In this document: piece by piece, positions 40,627-54,150 of the stretch
Position numbering within the stretch: the first letter of the stretch is position 1
Layout of the letters: each line of letters opens with the position of its first letter
Source of the DNA: Octopus sinensis
Taxonomy: Eukaryota
DNA length: 64,000 nt
Assembly (NCBI RefSeq): GCF_006345805.1
Contig: NC_043021.1
Coordinates: 12,276,001-12,340,000, forward strand
Direction of reading: 5' to 3'
The notes under the pieces: model-generated
Told to the model about the DNA's origin: nothing
The model's database searches: none
The model's input: only the letters and a program-made list of their open reading frames with translations
Position numbers and translations under genes: made by a program

Positions 40627-41695
40627 TAGAAGGTTTGGAGATGATGTACAGGTATTATATATTAGAAGAAATAAAGTACTCAGAAATCTGGATGGTTTTA
40701 TATTTACAGATATATATTGATATGTTACATGTTTTTATAAATCATATATTAGAACTTGCATCCACTCTAGTGGAGTCATCAGATTGAACTTTTTCAGAAA
40801 TTTTGTCTCTTTTTATAGTACTATTGTGTGTGTAGGGGTGGAGAGAGATATAAGAGAGTACAAGAGGGTGAGGAATGGGGAGAAAGTGAGAGAGAGTGCG
40901 TGTGTGTGTGTGTATCTGAAAGGAGTGTCAATAGAAAAGAGAAGGAAAGGAAGAAGGAACTGACATGGGTTGGATGGTTTGACTGAACTGGTAAAGCCAG
41001 GGGTTGCATCAGGCTCCATTGCCTGTTCTGGCGTGTTCCTACAGCTGGATGCCCTTCCTAATACCAACCAGTCCACAGAGTTTTCTGGGTGCTTTTTTAT
41101 GTAGCACCAGTTCTTTTAACATAGGCCCCCAGCACTGGTATCAATTCTGCTGTGGTAGACAGGTGTTCTCGAGTACAGCCACGCACGAGATATCTCGGTC
41201 CTTTGTAATCTCTTTCGTAAGGCTCAGTGTCTTCAGGTCAACCTTCAATAGTTTATTCCATACATAAATATGTGTGTGTGTGTGTGTGTGTCTGTATTCA
41301 TTCATTCATTCATTCATTGCAATTCTCTATATATCTGACCCTCCTCACTCTTTGTCGGTTGCTATTATAAGACATTTGAGACAACATACATCTCATTTTT
41401 CGTCTTTTATCTTTTCCTCATGCTGGTCTTCCCTTAACTTGGCTTTACACCAATTGTTGTGGCACACTGTGTGTTCTTAGTTGGCTCCAAGCCATAAATG
41501 TACTGGATATCAGAGAATGCCTAACTCCTTACAGGTTGGAAACTGACGAATTATGTTTGCGGCATCATTTTCGTTTCTTTTTTGTTTGTTTGTTTTTTGT
41601 TTTTGTTTGCGTTCTATATTGGAATATCACAGATGAACACAGGCAAACATACAAATAGACACACTCGCTCATGAGCTCTCAAATACATATTCATT

Positions 41696-41728
<33 letters not shown>

Positions 41729-41879
41729 CTACACACACACACTCTCTCTCTCTCTTTCTCTCTTGCATTTCTCATTTTTCCTTGGATAAGAAAATATTAT
41801 TTTATATAAATCTACTTCAAATTGAGTAGAAAAGTATTCACTCGCAGTATGCATGCATGTGTCTATACATGTTATATAA

Positions 41880-42295
<416 letters not shown>

Positions 42296-43059
42296 ATGTG
42301 AATTTGTGCGGATAAATTGAAGCATGTGTGTGTGTATGTATCTTTTATCTTTTACTTGCTTCAACCATTGGGTCATTGGACAACAGCCATGCCAGGGGCA
42401 ATGCTTTGAAGGGTTCATTTGAAGAAATCAACCTCGGTACATATCCATACACACACGCACTCACACACATGGCAGGTTTCCATATTGATTGCATCTACAA
42501 AATTCTCTCACAAGGCATTGCTTTGCCTGGAGTTACAGTAGATTGACATTTGTTCAAGATGCCTATTAGTGGGACTGAACCTGGAACCATGTGGTTGGAA
42601 AGTGAGCTTCTTAGCTACACAGCCATACTTACCCCACTTGGCTTGGCTTCATGAAGCGGGGATCTTCATGTCAATTGCATGCTTGTTGATGACTGATGTG
42701 TCCAATTCAAGACAAACTATCACAACTGCAGTGGCTGCAAAGGAGGATTGGCTGATCAGAGCCGGTCATATCTTTGTTTTTCCTCTTATTTCTCTTGTAT
42801 TTAAAAACGGTCCAGCAAGTGTCTTCACAGTATGTTGTCGCTCGGAGGACAATATGGTGCCAGGTTGCATTGTCAGCAGCAAGAACAAGTGACTGGCATT
42901 AGGAAGGGCATCCAGCCATAGAAACCTTGCCAAAACAGACTATGGGACCTGGTGTGGCCCCTGACTTTGCCAGTTCCTGTCAAGCTGTCCAACACATGCC
43001 AGTATGGAAAATGGACATTAAATGTTGATGATAATAATGAGGATATATATATATTCTTT

Positions 43060-43261
43060 TATTCTTTCATTTGTTTCAGTCATTTGAATTTGGTTGAACA
43101 AATTGACCCCAGGACTCATTCTTTGTAAGACTAGTACTTATTCTATCAGTCCCTTTGGCCAAACCGCTAATTTACAGGGATGTAAAACACACCAGCATTG
43201 GACGTCAAGCAATGGTGAGAGGGTGACAAATACAGACACACAAACATGCACACACACACAA

Positions 43262-43294
<33 letters not shown>

Positions 43295-43495
43295 CACACA
43301 CACCACACACACACACACATATATGTGTATATATACGATGGGCTTCTTTCAGTTTCGGTTTACCAAATCTACTCACAAGGCTTTGGTCAGCCTGAGGCTA
43401 TAGTAGAAAACACTTGCCCAAGGTGCCACGCAGTGGGACTTGAACCCAGAACCATGTGGTTGGTAAGCAAGCTACTTACCACACAGCCACTCCTA
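43060..43495 (-). mobile_element. SINE family A copy
   Basis: Reverse-complement similarity to 1046-1434. Confidence 0.8.
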
Positions 43496-44400
43496 ATCGA
43501 AAGTGGCACTGTAAAGAGCAGCACACAACCAAGATCAGGCTCTGTAGTGGGTTCCATTTTCTGCTCTAGTATTCAGTATTTAGTACAAGACACCCGAAAA
43601 GGGGTCTTATGTGATTTGCATAACGTTTCTTCTACTGTTACCTCATTATTTCAGCATTTTAATGAAATGTGTGTATGTCCCATAAAGCTATGAACACCAC
43701 ACCTGTTTTTTGACTTGTTATTATTTTTTGTTCTGTTTATATCAATGTTTGTTACAGAGAATCTTATGCAAACACATGTATATATTTATATATGTATTTG
43801 CACGTGTGCATATATTTATAGATTAATTTATATATATATATAGAGAGAGAGAGAGATTTTTAAAAGAGCAAAGTACATTAATCTTTTAATTCTTTGTTTT
43901 GATTAGACTAATTAGCTCGCTAATAGCTCTTTTATCCCAAATTTTAATCTCTCAAACATTGCATTGGTTAAGAACAGTCCCAGTTTATAGGGTGAGTGGT
44001 GGATGTGTGTGTATGTGATACACATGCATACAATAGGCCAAATCAGTTTTGTTTAGTATATGTCTATGTTTGTATATGAAATCAATATCAACACTCATTC
44101 AAAGTACATACCACAGTCATTTGTTTTTGTCTTTATTAAATTTGAACATCTGCTCTCTCTCTCTATGTGTGCCTCTCTGTGCCCCCCCCCCCTCTCTCTC
44201 TATTCATTCATTTTTATGTCTGTCTTTTCATGTTTGCCTGGAGTGTGGCTCTCAGCATTTTTTTTATCTATGGACCCCTTTGATTGCTGTTTTTTTTTTT
44301 TTTTGATAGACCCCAATAGCCATTCGGTGTTTGAAAACTAGTTTTAACAGACTCTTGGTATTTGTTAATGTTTTTACATTAATTTGTGTAAGTTGAACTA

Positions 44401-44652
44401 TACTCATTTACTCTTTTACTTGTTTCAGTCATTTGACTGTGGCCATGCTGGAGCACCGCCTTTAGTCGAGCAAATCAACCCCAGGACTTATTCTTTGTAA
44501 GCCTAGTACTTATTCTATTGGTCTCTCTTTTCCGAACCGCTATACGGTTGTCAAGTGATTTGGTGGGGACACACAAACACACACATATTACTCTACCACT
44601 GGTATTTGAGTACTCTTTTTTCCACCTTGTTTCACATTTAAGTGTTTACTCC

Positions 44653-44691
<39 letters not shown>

Positions 44692-44872
44692 TATATATAT
44701 ACACACAAATATACGACGGGGTTTTTTTCAGTTTCCGTCTACCAAATCCACTCACAAGGCTTTGGTCGGCTCGAGGCTATATTAGAAGACACTTGCCCAA
44801 GGTGCCACGCAGTGGGACTGAACCCGGAACCATGTGGTTGGTAAGCAAGCTACTTACCACACAGCCACTCAT
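44401..44872 (-). mobile_element. SINE family A copy with foreign sequence in its microsatellite
   Basis: Reverse-complement similarity to 1046-1434; extra ~70 bp at ~44590-44655. Confidence 0.8.
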
Positions 44873-45350
44873 GTAAACATAATTTATAATACATTGAAAT
44901 TATTATCACATGGAGAAAGCTGCTGTTATCCTAAGGAAGTCAAATAATGTTAAATAAATAAATATATTCACCTGTAATATAACTCATGACTTATGATGGA
45001 ACATATATGTTGGTGGGTGGTAATTCTAGTTAGTAGGTATACAAGTATGGCGAATTTAACTACTTCTTGTACATTGAAAAAAGTGACGACTAGTCTTTTT
45101 ACATACATACAGGTGCACATACACACATGCATACATACACATACATAGCAGGCTGCTTGCAGTTTCCATCTACCAAATCCATTCACAAGGCTTTGGTCAC
45201 CTGAGGCTATATTAGAAGACATTTGCCCAAGGTGCTACACAGTGGGACTGAACCCAGAACCATGTAGTTCGTAAGCAAGCTTCGTACATCACAACCACAC
45301 CTACAGCATTGTGGTGCACCTGAGCACTGTATACAATAATTTCATCATCA

Positions 45351-45389
<39 letters not shown>

Positions 45390-46239
45390 GTATATATATA
45401 GATATATATATATATAGGACAGTCTTTATCCAGTTTCTGTCTAGCAAATCTAACTCACAAGTCCACTCACGAGGCTTTGGTCAGCCTAGGGACATAGTAA
45501 CAAGCACAATGTGACACAGTGCAGCGTAATGCAGGCTTTTTGAACTCCAAGTTGAGTCCAGTCAATGGGTTTTCTGTCAATCCAGTTTTGCTAACAAGCC
45601 TTAAGTTTATATTTGACTTCCTGCTCATGAACCAATCTTCTTAACAACTCAACCATGCCTGTGTACTCTATTATATGTACACACACACACACACACACAA
45701 ACATTTAGATGCATGCACGCATTTAGACACACATACACACACACATAGACATACAAACATTTAGACACACACACACATTTACACACCAAACATTTAGGCA
45801 CAAACATGCACACAAACATTTAGACACACACACACATATATCCTCCTCCTCCTCATCATCATTATCATCATATCTGTTACTAGTATCTGAATCAGGCACA
45901 AAATGATGGATGTGTCACACAAACCAGTTTTTGTCATTGAGGTCTTAAGGTCATCAGCGGTCGCCACACCACTACCCTGCATCAGTATTTTGACCAAGTG
46001 TTTGGAAAGATGCCTATGGTCTCACCATATCGTGTGTCACTTCCCAGATGATGATTTGGCCGACAGTCAGCTCTGGGTGTTGCAGATGCTGCCCTGCAGG
46101 CTGCAGCAATCTTCTTCTTCTTGTCCTATTGGTCAATAGCGAAAATTTCACGATAGAGTTGGACATAGGTCATGTTATGCACACGCATATGTGTGTATGT
46201 GTGAGCATGCAGACATATCATACATATTGTGTGTGTGTA

Positions 46240-46293
<54 letters not shown>

Positions 46294-46424
46294 ACGACCT
46301 CGAACACACAAGTGCAAACAAGGGAGTCAGAGAAAGGCAGAATGCCACTTATATCTGAACACTACTATAGAATATTCCTTTAAAAAACTTTTCTTCTAAT
46401 TTTTCTAATTTAATTATTTAATCG

Positions 46425-46468
46425 TTACAGTTGAAAAGGTCTCAAAATGACCGAAACCGGTACTGAAA
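46425..46468 (+). ncRNA. Degenerate minimal hammerhead-like motif
   Basis: TTACAG-TTGAAAA-GGTC-TCAAAAT-GACC-GAAA-CCGG-TA-CTGAAA: stems I and II and palindromic stem III (ACCGGT) are kept, with two core substitutions. Confidence 0.4.
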
Positions 46469-46604
46469 GATTCACTATAAAATTATTTTAGCATTTTCTA
46501 TTTTTGACTTGTTTTTTTCATATATATCAACTCGTGTGTTCCTTTCCACCCTTATACATATATATATATATATATATTATTTTTTTAATTTATTATATAG
46601 AAGG

Positions 46605-46655
46605 AGCTTCTACAGGACTAGTACTGTTTCATTCAAGAGAAATCTTAGGAAAGCT
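46605..46655 (-). ncRNA. Second, indel-damaged copy of the hammerhead motif in the left arm of the palindrome
   Basis: Reverse complement AGCTTTC-CTAAGA-TTTC-TCTT-GAAT-GAAA-CAG-TACTAGTC-CTG-TA-GAAGCT; one core G is missing. Confidence 0.45.
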
Positions 46656-47176
46656 ATTAACAAGAATGTATTAGCATTTATACATTTAGGCAGGTTTAAA
46701 GGACGTGGTGGTGGGGGACTTATTTGGGGTAGGCATAGCGCAAAATATCATACTGGGGGAGTGGTCAAGGAGTCAGTGGTAAGTTAGATGAAAGAATAGA
46801 TAAATAAAAAAATAAAATAAGAAATAAAAAATAAAAAATAAAAAATAAAAAATAAAAAAATAAAAAAATAAAAAAATAAAATGTGTGCACATACTTACAT
46901 AAACACAATACATACACATATGTATATGTGTTTATGTAAGTATGTGCACACATTTATTTTTTATTTTTTTATTTTTTTATTTTTTTATTTTTTATTTTTT
47001 ATTTTTTATTCTTATTTTATTTTTTTATTTATCTATTCTTTCATCTAACTTACAACTGACTCCTTGACCACTCCCCCAAGTATGAATTTTGCGCTATGCC
47101 TACCCCAAATAAGTCCCCCACCACCACTCCTTTAAACATGCCTAAATGTATAAATGCTAATACAATTCTTTTAAAT

Positions 47177-47226
47177 AGCTTCCTGAAGATTTCTCTGAAT
47201 GAAACAGTACTAGTCCTGTAGAAGCT
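47177..47226 (+). ncRNA. Type I hammerhead ribozyme-like motif
   Basis: AGCTTC-CTGAAGA-TTTC-TCT-GAAT-GAAA-CAG-TACTAGTC-CTG-TA-GAAGCT: 6-bp stem I, CUGANGA and GAAA core, 4-bp stem III, GUA cleavage triplet. Non-canonical U.U at the base of stem II. Confidence 0.65.
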
Positions 47227-47555
47227 CCTTCTATATAATAAATTAATTTTACTCTGCTATGTATTGAGTACCTTACTTACTGTGGTTAACCCCGGATCAA
47301 CCCGGGGGACCTAAATTATATAATAATATATATATACACACATACAAACACATATATCCATGTGTGTGTATATATGCGTATGTGTACAAACACACACACA
47401 CACTGAGTTCATATTCCACCAATACCAACACTGCTTTCATCCTTTTGGGGTTGATGAAATAAGTACCAGTTGAACATTAGGGGCAAAGTAATCAACTCCC
47501 CCCCCCCCTCTGAATTGCTCACCTTCTGCCAAATTTGAAAAATTTATTATTATTA

Positions 47556-48116
47556 TTGAGTGAGAGAGCAGTGCATACCCTCAAAGTGACACTGGGGTAC
47601 AATTATATGAAGCCCAATATACCCATCATGAATACCTATCTGATAAGGGTACACGAGGTACATGCATCACAATCATATGTACATGACATGGCAATCTCCT
47701 GTCAAGATAAACAGCACATGACCTTTTAGATGGGACCCAATTAGAATTTTCTTCAAGTTGAGTAGCCCATCCCACTCAAAAGGTCCCTGCATAAGGTTTT
47801 TTTAAGGATGTTGAACAAAACACCCATGTTTCCAGAAGTGAATTATTCAAACCCCAAAGAATTCCTCTCAACACATGGTTATGATGCTCCCTTACTACTT
47901 CTGCTCATGATCAGAGATGCACATATCATCAGTCGCCAAGGGACATGCTCAGCTGTTTAAAATCAAACATCTGACAAGCAAATCTGTGGTATTGAGCAGA
48001 ATATTTGCTGTAGCCCATCTTTTATACCAAGACAAAACAATGTACATCATAACACGTCCAATCAGTTAAGATCAAAAGCCATGAGAGCCACTGCCTGGCA
48101 CTGCATCAGAGCATTT

Positions 48117-48117
<1 letters not shown>
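47556..48117 (-). mobile_element. ~560-bp interspersed repeat with (AAT)n tail (non-autonomous retroelement-like)
   Basis: Highly similar to 60896-61498, with a partial copy at ~27880-28030. Confidence 0.7.
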
Positions 48118-48151
<34 letters not shown>

Positions 48152-48476
48152 TGACAAAAGTTGCAAAGTGGCTTGAAGGTTGATATTTTTATGGATGGCA
48201 TGATAAGTGACAAGCACACAACATGTACAAAACCTTCATCTTTTGAGTCACTTTGTGATTTCTGTTGATTAAATGTGTGTGTATAGAGAGATAAATAGAT
48301 TATTATTATATAAAACAGTTTGATTTTGCTCCATGCAGCTTAAAGTTTTGTTTTGCAGGCCACTTTCGAGAAACGTAGCTCATTCAGGCGTAATTAACTG
48401 ACTTTATGTCACATTGCTCCAGTCTACGCAGCTAAAAATGAGTAACAGCTGACTGATGATGCAGCCTGCTCTCTCT

Positions 48477-48520
<44 letters not shown>

Positions 48521-48909
48521 CTCTCTCTCTCTCTCTCCTAGTTGCTCTGTTGTCTTCAATATTCTGCTCTGTATGTGTTTGTGTGTCTTTGTGTCTGTTT
48601 GTCCCCCACCACTGCTTGACAACCAGTGTTGGTGTGTTTACATCCCTGTAATGTAGCAGTTTGGCAAAAAAAAAAAAATCAATAGAATAAGTACCAGGCT
48701 TTAAAAACATATATTGAGGTTGGTTCATTCGACTAAAGATTCTTCAAGGCAGTGCTCTAGCATGGCCACAGTCTAATGCCTGAAACAAGTAAAAGGAAAG
48801 ATATATGTGTATATGTATTTGTTCATTTATTTATATGCGTGTGTGTGTGTGTTGTGTGTATTTCATTTATATTTATATATTATTTATTCATTTGCGTACA
48901 TAATGATTA

Positions 48910-49422
48910 CCGTAAATCCCCGAGTATAGTCCGCCCTTGAGTATAATACGCAGGGGATTTTTAGGGGGCTGTACCTCTGAAAAACCTAAACCTTGTGTAT
49001 AATACGCACCCCTTCTCTAACTTTAGTCAAGGAGGTCTATATAACGTCCTTGGTATGTAAAACTGCATACGGTTAACGTCCTTTATTATTATTGTATATA
49101 TAACACAATGCAAACGTGTAGCTTTTTTGTGCATTTTGTTTGCAGAAAATAAAGAAATAACAGTAATAACGTTTAATAAATGTTGCTTACTGCAAGTTAT
49201 GGATGATTCTTTTATGACTTTATTGCTTTCAGGCTTAGCTTGAGGTATTTTCGCACCCAACATCACAAAATGCATCTGAATAAACATTGTTGGACAGCAA
49301 ATAGAGACTCAGACATTGCTTAGAAAATAATTTTCATTTTTAACGTCGTATATAGTACACACTAGAGATTTTGACCTTTAAATTTTGGGAAAAAAATGCA
49401 GATTATACTCGAGGATATACGG
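48910..49422. mobile_element. Pogo/Tc2-type MITE (513 bp)
   Basis: Imperfect 25-bp TIRs CCGTAAATCCCCGAGTATAGTCCGC / GCAGATTATACTCGAGGATATACGG, flanked by TA on both sides. Confidence 0.8.
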
Positions 49423-49441
49423 TAGTTAAAAGACCTAGTAA

Positions 49442-49658
49442 CCCTTTCGTTACTGTATTTTGAGATGCTCTGTGTTTCTTTCAATTACTTTAAATATAAC
49501 AAAAAATTTAGTAAAATGACTTAGTTATCATTAAGTTAGTGTTAGGAACGTAAATTGTGACTAAGGTTTGGTGGAACATTTTAACTCAAAACTTATGAAA
49601 GCAAGACATTTGTACTACAGAGCCAGAGCCAGTTTCAGACAGGTTGGTTATGCAAGGG
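49442..49658. mobile_element. piggyBac-like MITE
   Basis: (G)TAA-CCCTT...AAGGG-TTA(C) ends; related TTAACCCTTT termini at ~26003 and ~56610. Confidence 0.5.
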
Positions 49659-49659
49659 T

Positions 49660-49876
49660 TACTCTTTTACTTGTTTCAGCCATTTGACTGTGGCCACGCT
49701 GGAGCACCGCCTTTAGTCGAGCAAATCGACCACAGGACTTATTGTTTGGAAGCTTAGTACTTATTCTATCGCTCTCTTTTGCCGAACTGCTAAGTTACGG
49801 GGACGTAAACACACCAGCATCGGTTGTCAAGCAATGTTGGGGGACAAACATACACACGCACATACATATATATATC

Positions 49877-49911
<35 letters not shown>

Positions 49912-49992
49912 TATACATACATACATACATATATATAATATATATATATATACATACATACATATACATACATATATACATATATATATATA

Positions 49993-50054
<62 letters not shown>

Positions 50055-50232
50055 CATACATACATATATACGACGAGCTTCTTTCAGTTTCTGTCTCCCA
50101 ATCCACTCACAAGGCTTTGGTCGACTCGAGGCTATAATAGAAGACACTTGCCCAAGGTGCCATGCAGTGGGACTGAACCCAGAACCATGTGGTTTGTAAG
50201 CAAGCTACTTACCACAAAGCCAGTCCTGCGCA
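49660..50232 (-). mobile_element. SINE family A copy with ~230-bp expanded microsatellite
   Basis: Reverse-complement similarity to 1046-1434. Confidence 0.85.
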
Positions 50233-50645
50233 ATTTTTTCTGTGCAGTTAGAAGACAAAATATGTCTGGATGAGGAATGTGTTAAAATCTAAAAACAGCA
50301 AGCAAGGAACATAACTCTAATAACATCAACTAACCCAGTTAGAAGTGGGTCTCAGTATCAGGTATTGCCATCATGATATTGTATATCATCATCTTTAAAC
50401 CAACTGAGGGGGAGTAACAGACATGTTTCAGTCTTATTAGGTTTCCTCTGCAATGCATATTAAAAGGAAAAAAAAAGAAAAAAATCATCTTAATTATATT
50501 GCAAAAATTATTAGAACACATAGGGAGTTTGCTCATTAGGCCTACAGCCATGAAGTGGGTTAATGAATTTGAAACATTTCTGGTCCCTATTTGCCCTTGT
50601 TTATCATTCTGAAATGTTGAGATGCTTTTACTAGCACTCTAATTC

Positions 50646-50734
<89 letters not shown>

Positions 50735-51004
50735 TGCCCACCTCCTGTAGAAAATATGCAGGTATTTTTAGCATATTGTGTTATTATTAGTCAGTATATA
50801 TATCCTTGAAAGCCTTCAGGAATATTTCTGGTATTCCACAGATATTTCTAGGCTGGGCTACAGAGGGAAAAGGTTACCACGTGGTAGCGCACGTGTGTGT
50901 GTGTTGTTGTTGTTCTTGTTCTTGTTCTTGTTCACTTGCTTAGAAATTCTGTTGAGCCTGTGAAGTGCTTCTTTACTCCTGACTTTTATGTTTCTTCTGA
51001 ATGT

Positions 51005-51400
51005 ATTCATCATCTTTGTCATTTGTCATCATCATCATCGTCATCATCACTGTCGTCATTACCATCATCACCAGCACCACCATCATAATCATCATTGTTA
51101 TCATCAACATCGTTTATCATCACTATTGCCAACATGACTGCCATCTCCATCACCCACTTCCTCCTCCTCATCATCATCATCACTGTCGTCATTACCACCA
51201 CCACCACCACCACCACCACCACTGTTTTCATCATCACCAGCACCTCCATCATAATTGTCATTCTCACCACCACCACCACCACCACCACCAATGCCATCAT
51301 TATCATCATCATCATCATTATCATCACCATTGCCAACATGACAGCCATATCCATCACCCTCCTCCTCCTCCTCTTCCTCCTCCTCATCATCATCATCATG
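51005..51400. repeat. Compound (CAT)n/(CAC)n/(CTC)n repeat with internal duplication
   Basis: Directly visible in the sequence. Confidence 0.85.
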
Positions 51401-51780
51401 TGAAGAGTACATGCACTTTTCTCTCCTGGATGCCTTCTGCAGCTCTCAAGTAGTGTATTTAGTTATGAGCTTCTTTTTCCTCTTTTCCTTACTCTGAGTG
51501 TGTGTGAGTGAGGAATGTATGTATGTATGTATGTATGTATGTACATGTGAGCATCAGCTCCGTTTGTGCCCAGTCACATGCTACCACCACCCTCCCTCTA
51601 ACTGTCAGTTATCACCACCTCTCCCCAAGCCACGTGTTAGGAACATTCATCACTCCCTCTTACCATTGTTCATCTCAGTTAATACCCATCACTCTCTATC
51701 TGTCACTCTCTCTCCCTCTCTCTCTTTCTTTCAACTCCTCCTCCTTGTCTACTCTGTTTCTATCCCTATACCATCATCAG

Positions 51781-52085
51781 AGTGAAGGTGCATGGCTCAG
51801 TGGTTAGAGTGTCAAGCTTACAATCGTGAGGTTGTGAGTTCAATTCCTGGCTGGGCTGCGTGTTGTGTTCTTGAACAAGACTCTTTATTTCATGTTACTC
51901 CAGTCCACTCAGCTGTAGAAATGAGTTGCGACGTCACTTGTGCCAGGCTGTATCGGCCCCTTTGCCTTTGCCTTTCCCTTGGATAACATCGGTGGCGTGC
52001 AGGGGGGAGGCTGGTGTGCATGGGTGATTGCTGGTCTTCCATTAACAACCTTGCCCGGACTTGTGCCTGGAAGGGCTTTACTCTT
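51781..52085 (+). mobile_element. tRNA-derived SINE with 12-bp TSD (family also at ~20597-20938 and ~32022-32363, minus)
   Basis: A box TGGCTCAGTGG, B box AGTTCAATTCC; TACCATCATCAG at 51769-51780 and 52086-52097. Confidence 0.8.
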
Positions 52086-53439
52086 TACCATCATCAGCAA
52101 CATCATCAGTGCCACTTCTATCACCATCATCACCATAACTAGTGCTGCTGTCAAAATACGTCCTGTAAAGTGGTTGACCAACAAGCATGGGCAATGTAGG
52201 GTCTGGTGCACCCTTTGGTCTTCCCAAGGACACGACAACCTACCAAGTGCTGGTGCCATGATAAAATGCTCCCAGAACACTCTGTAAAGTGGTGGATGTT
52301 AGGAAGGGGATCAGACTATAGAAATAAAACCAAAACATTGAAAGTGAGACTTGGAACTGTGACCGTCTTGTAGAGTTGCAATTTTGACCATACATACATA
52401 CACACACACATATATATACCATATAAACATATAGTCATAAACATATACATATATGCATACATATGTGTAGTACATTCATAAATATATATTTACATACATA
52501 AATGCATACACTTGTACATATGTACATTGCTGAGTGCAAACACAACAGGTTGGATATCGGTGTCTTAGACAGACGAGAAAAAGTATGTGCTGTCACAAGA
52601 TCTCTTCGAAAATCAAAGAGTTGCAATTTTCAATAAAAATTGACAGACTGTAGCAACCTTTCCTATCCATCCTACTATGGAAGGCAATTGTAAAATGGTA
52701 GTGGTGTTAGTTGTTGTTGTTTACGAAGAATCTGGATACTTTCTGTAAGCGCTATTTTCTGGACTATATCTCTAGAAGGACTCCTGACCAGTTCTTCCAA
52801 TTCTTTTCTGCTGTATTCCCATTTGGGCAGTCCCATTACAACTGAGCGCATATTCTACATTCTTGCAGTTTCAGTCTCTGGTTCTTTATATTTGTTGTTG
52901 TTGTCGTCATCGTTGTCATCATCATCATCATCATCAAGGCTGCAAGCTGGCAGAATCATTAGCACACTGGATGAAATGCTTAGCAGTATTTCATCCATCA
53001 TTACATTCTGAATTCAAATTCTGCTGAGGATGACTTTGCCTTTCATCCTTTCGAGGTCAATAAAATAAGTACCAGTTACATACTGGGGGGGGGGGGGGGT
53101 CAATGTAATCGACTTAATCCCTTCTTCCAAATTTGAGGCCTTGTGCTTCCAGTAGAAAGGATCATCATCATCATCATCATCATCATTGTTAAGGCAGTGA
53201 GCTGACAGAATCATAGCCATACCAGACAAAACACTTCGCAGCATTTCTTCTGACTTTGTCTTCTGAGTTCAAATTCTGTCATGCTTTATTTTACCTTTCA
53301 TCCTTTCGATGTTGGTAAAATAAGTACCAGTGAAATGCTGGGGTTGATGTAATCAGCTAGCCCCCCTACACTAAAAAATTTAAAGTTTTATGCCTACATT
53401 TGAAACTATTATTTGTTATTTCGTGCTTATAACAGACTC

Positions 53440-53649
53440 TTTACTCTTCACTCTGTTACTTGTTTCAGTCATTTGACTGCAGCCATGCTGGAGCACTGCC
53501 TTTAATCGAGCAACTCGACCCCGGGACTTATTCTTTTGTAAGCCCAGTACTTATTCTATCGGTCTCTTTTGCCGAACCGACTAAGTAATGGGGACATAAA
53601 CACACCAGCATCGGTTGACAAGCAATGCTAGGGGGGAAACCACACACAA

Positions 53650-53702
<53 letters not shown>

Positions 53703-53868
53703 ATATATACGCGGCTCTTTTAGTTTCCATCTACCAAATCCACTCACAAGGCTTTGGTCGGCCCGAGGCTATAGTAGAAGACACTTGCCCAAGGTGCCAC
53801 GCGGTGGGACTGAACCCGGAACCATGTGGTTGGTAAACAGGCTACTTACCACACAGCCACTCCTTGCC
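53440..53868 (-). mobile_element. SINE family A copy
   Basis: Reverse-complement similarity to 1046-1434. Confidence 0.85.
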
Positions 53869-54150
53869 AATGTTTATCAAATTGTCCAAGCAATGAATGG
53901 TTTAAGGATCTGGGACTGTGTCCTTCTGAAATCAGAAGCAAATATGTTTTGGGAATATTGAAAATGCTGCTAGTGCAAATCAAAGAAAATTTCTGGTGGG
54001 TGTGAAGAAAAATAACTTGGATGCCGTGACTCCCATAAATAGCATTGGGAACAGGATATACACTGAGGGACCAAAATATTTCAACTCACTTTGTGCTAGG
54101 ATTAAAATCTAGAGATATCACATGATGGACATTATGGATCACAGACACTT

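Larger units (their letters stand above)
46585..47246. repeat. 662-bp fold-back inverted repeat (~330-bp arms, centre ~46907-46927)
   Basis: The left arm TTAATTTATTATATAGAAGGAGCTTCTACAGGACTAGTACTG... is mirrored by ...CAGTACTAGTCCTGTAGAAGCTCCTTCTATATAATAAATTAA. Scattered 1-nt indels; centre lies in a TA/CA microsatellite. Confidence 0.92.

Noticed and set aside
51001-51453. His-rich and acidic ORFs
   Set aside because: (CAT)n/(CAC)n compound microsatellite open in several frames.
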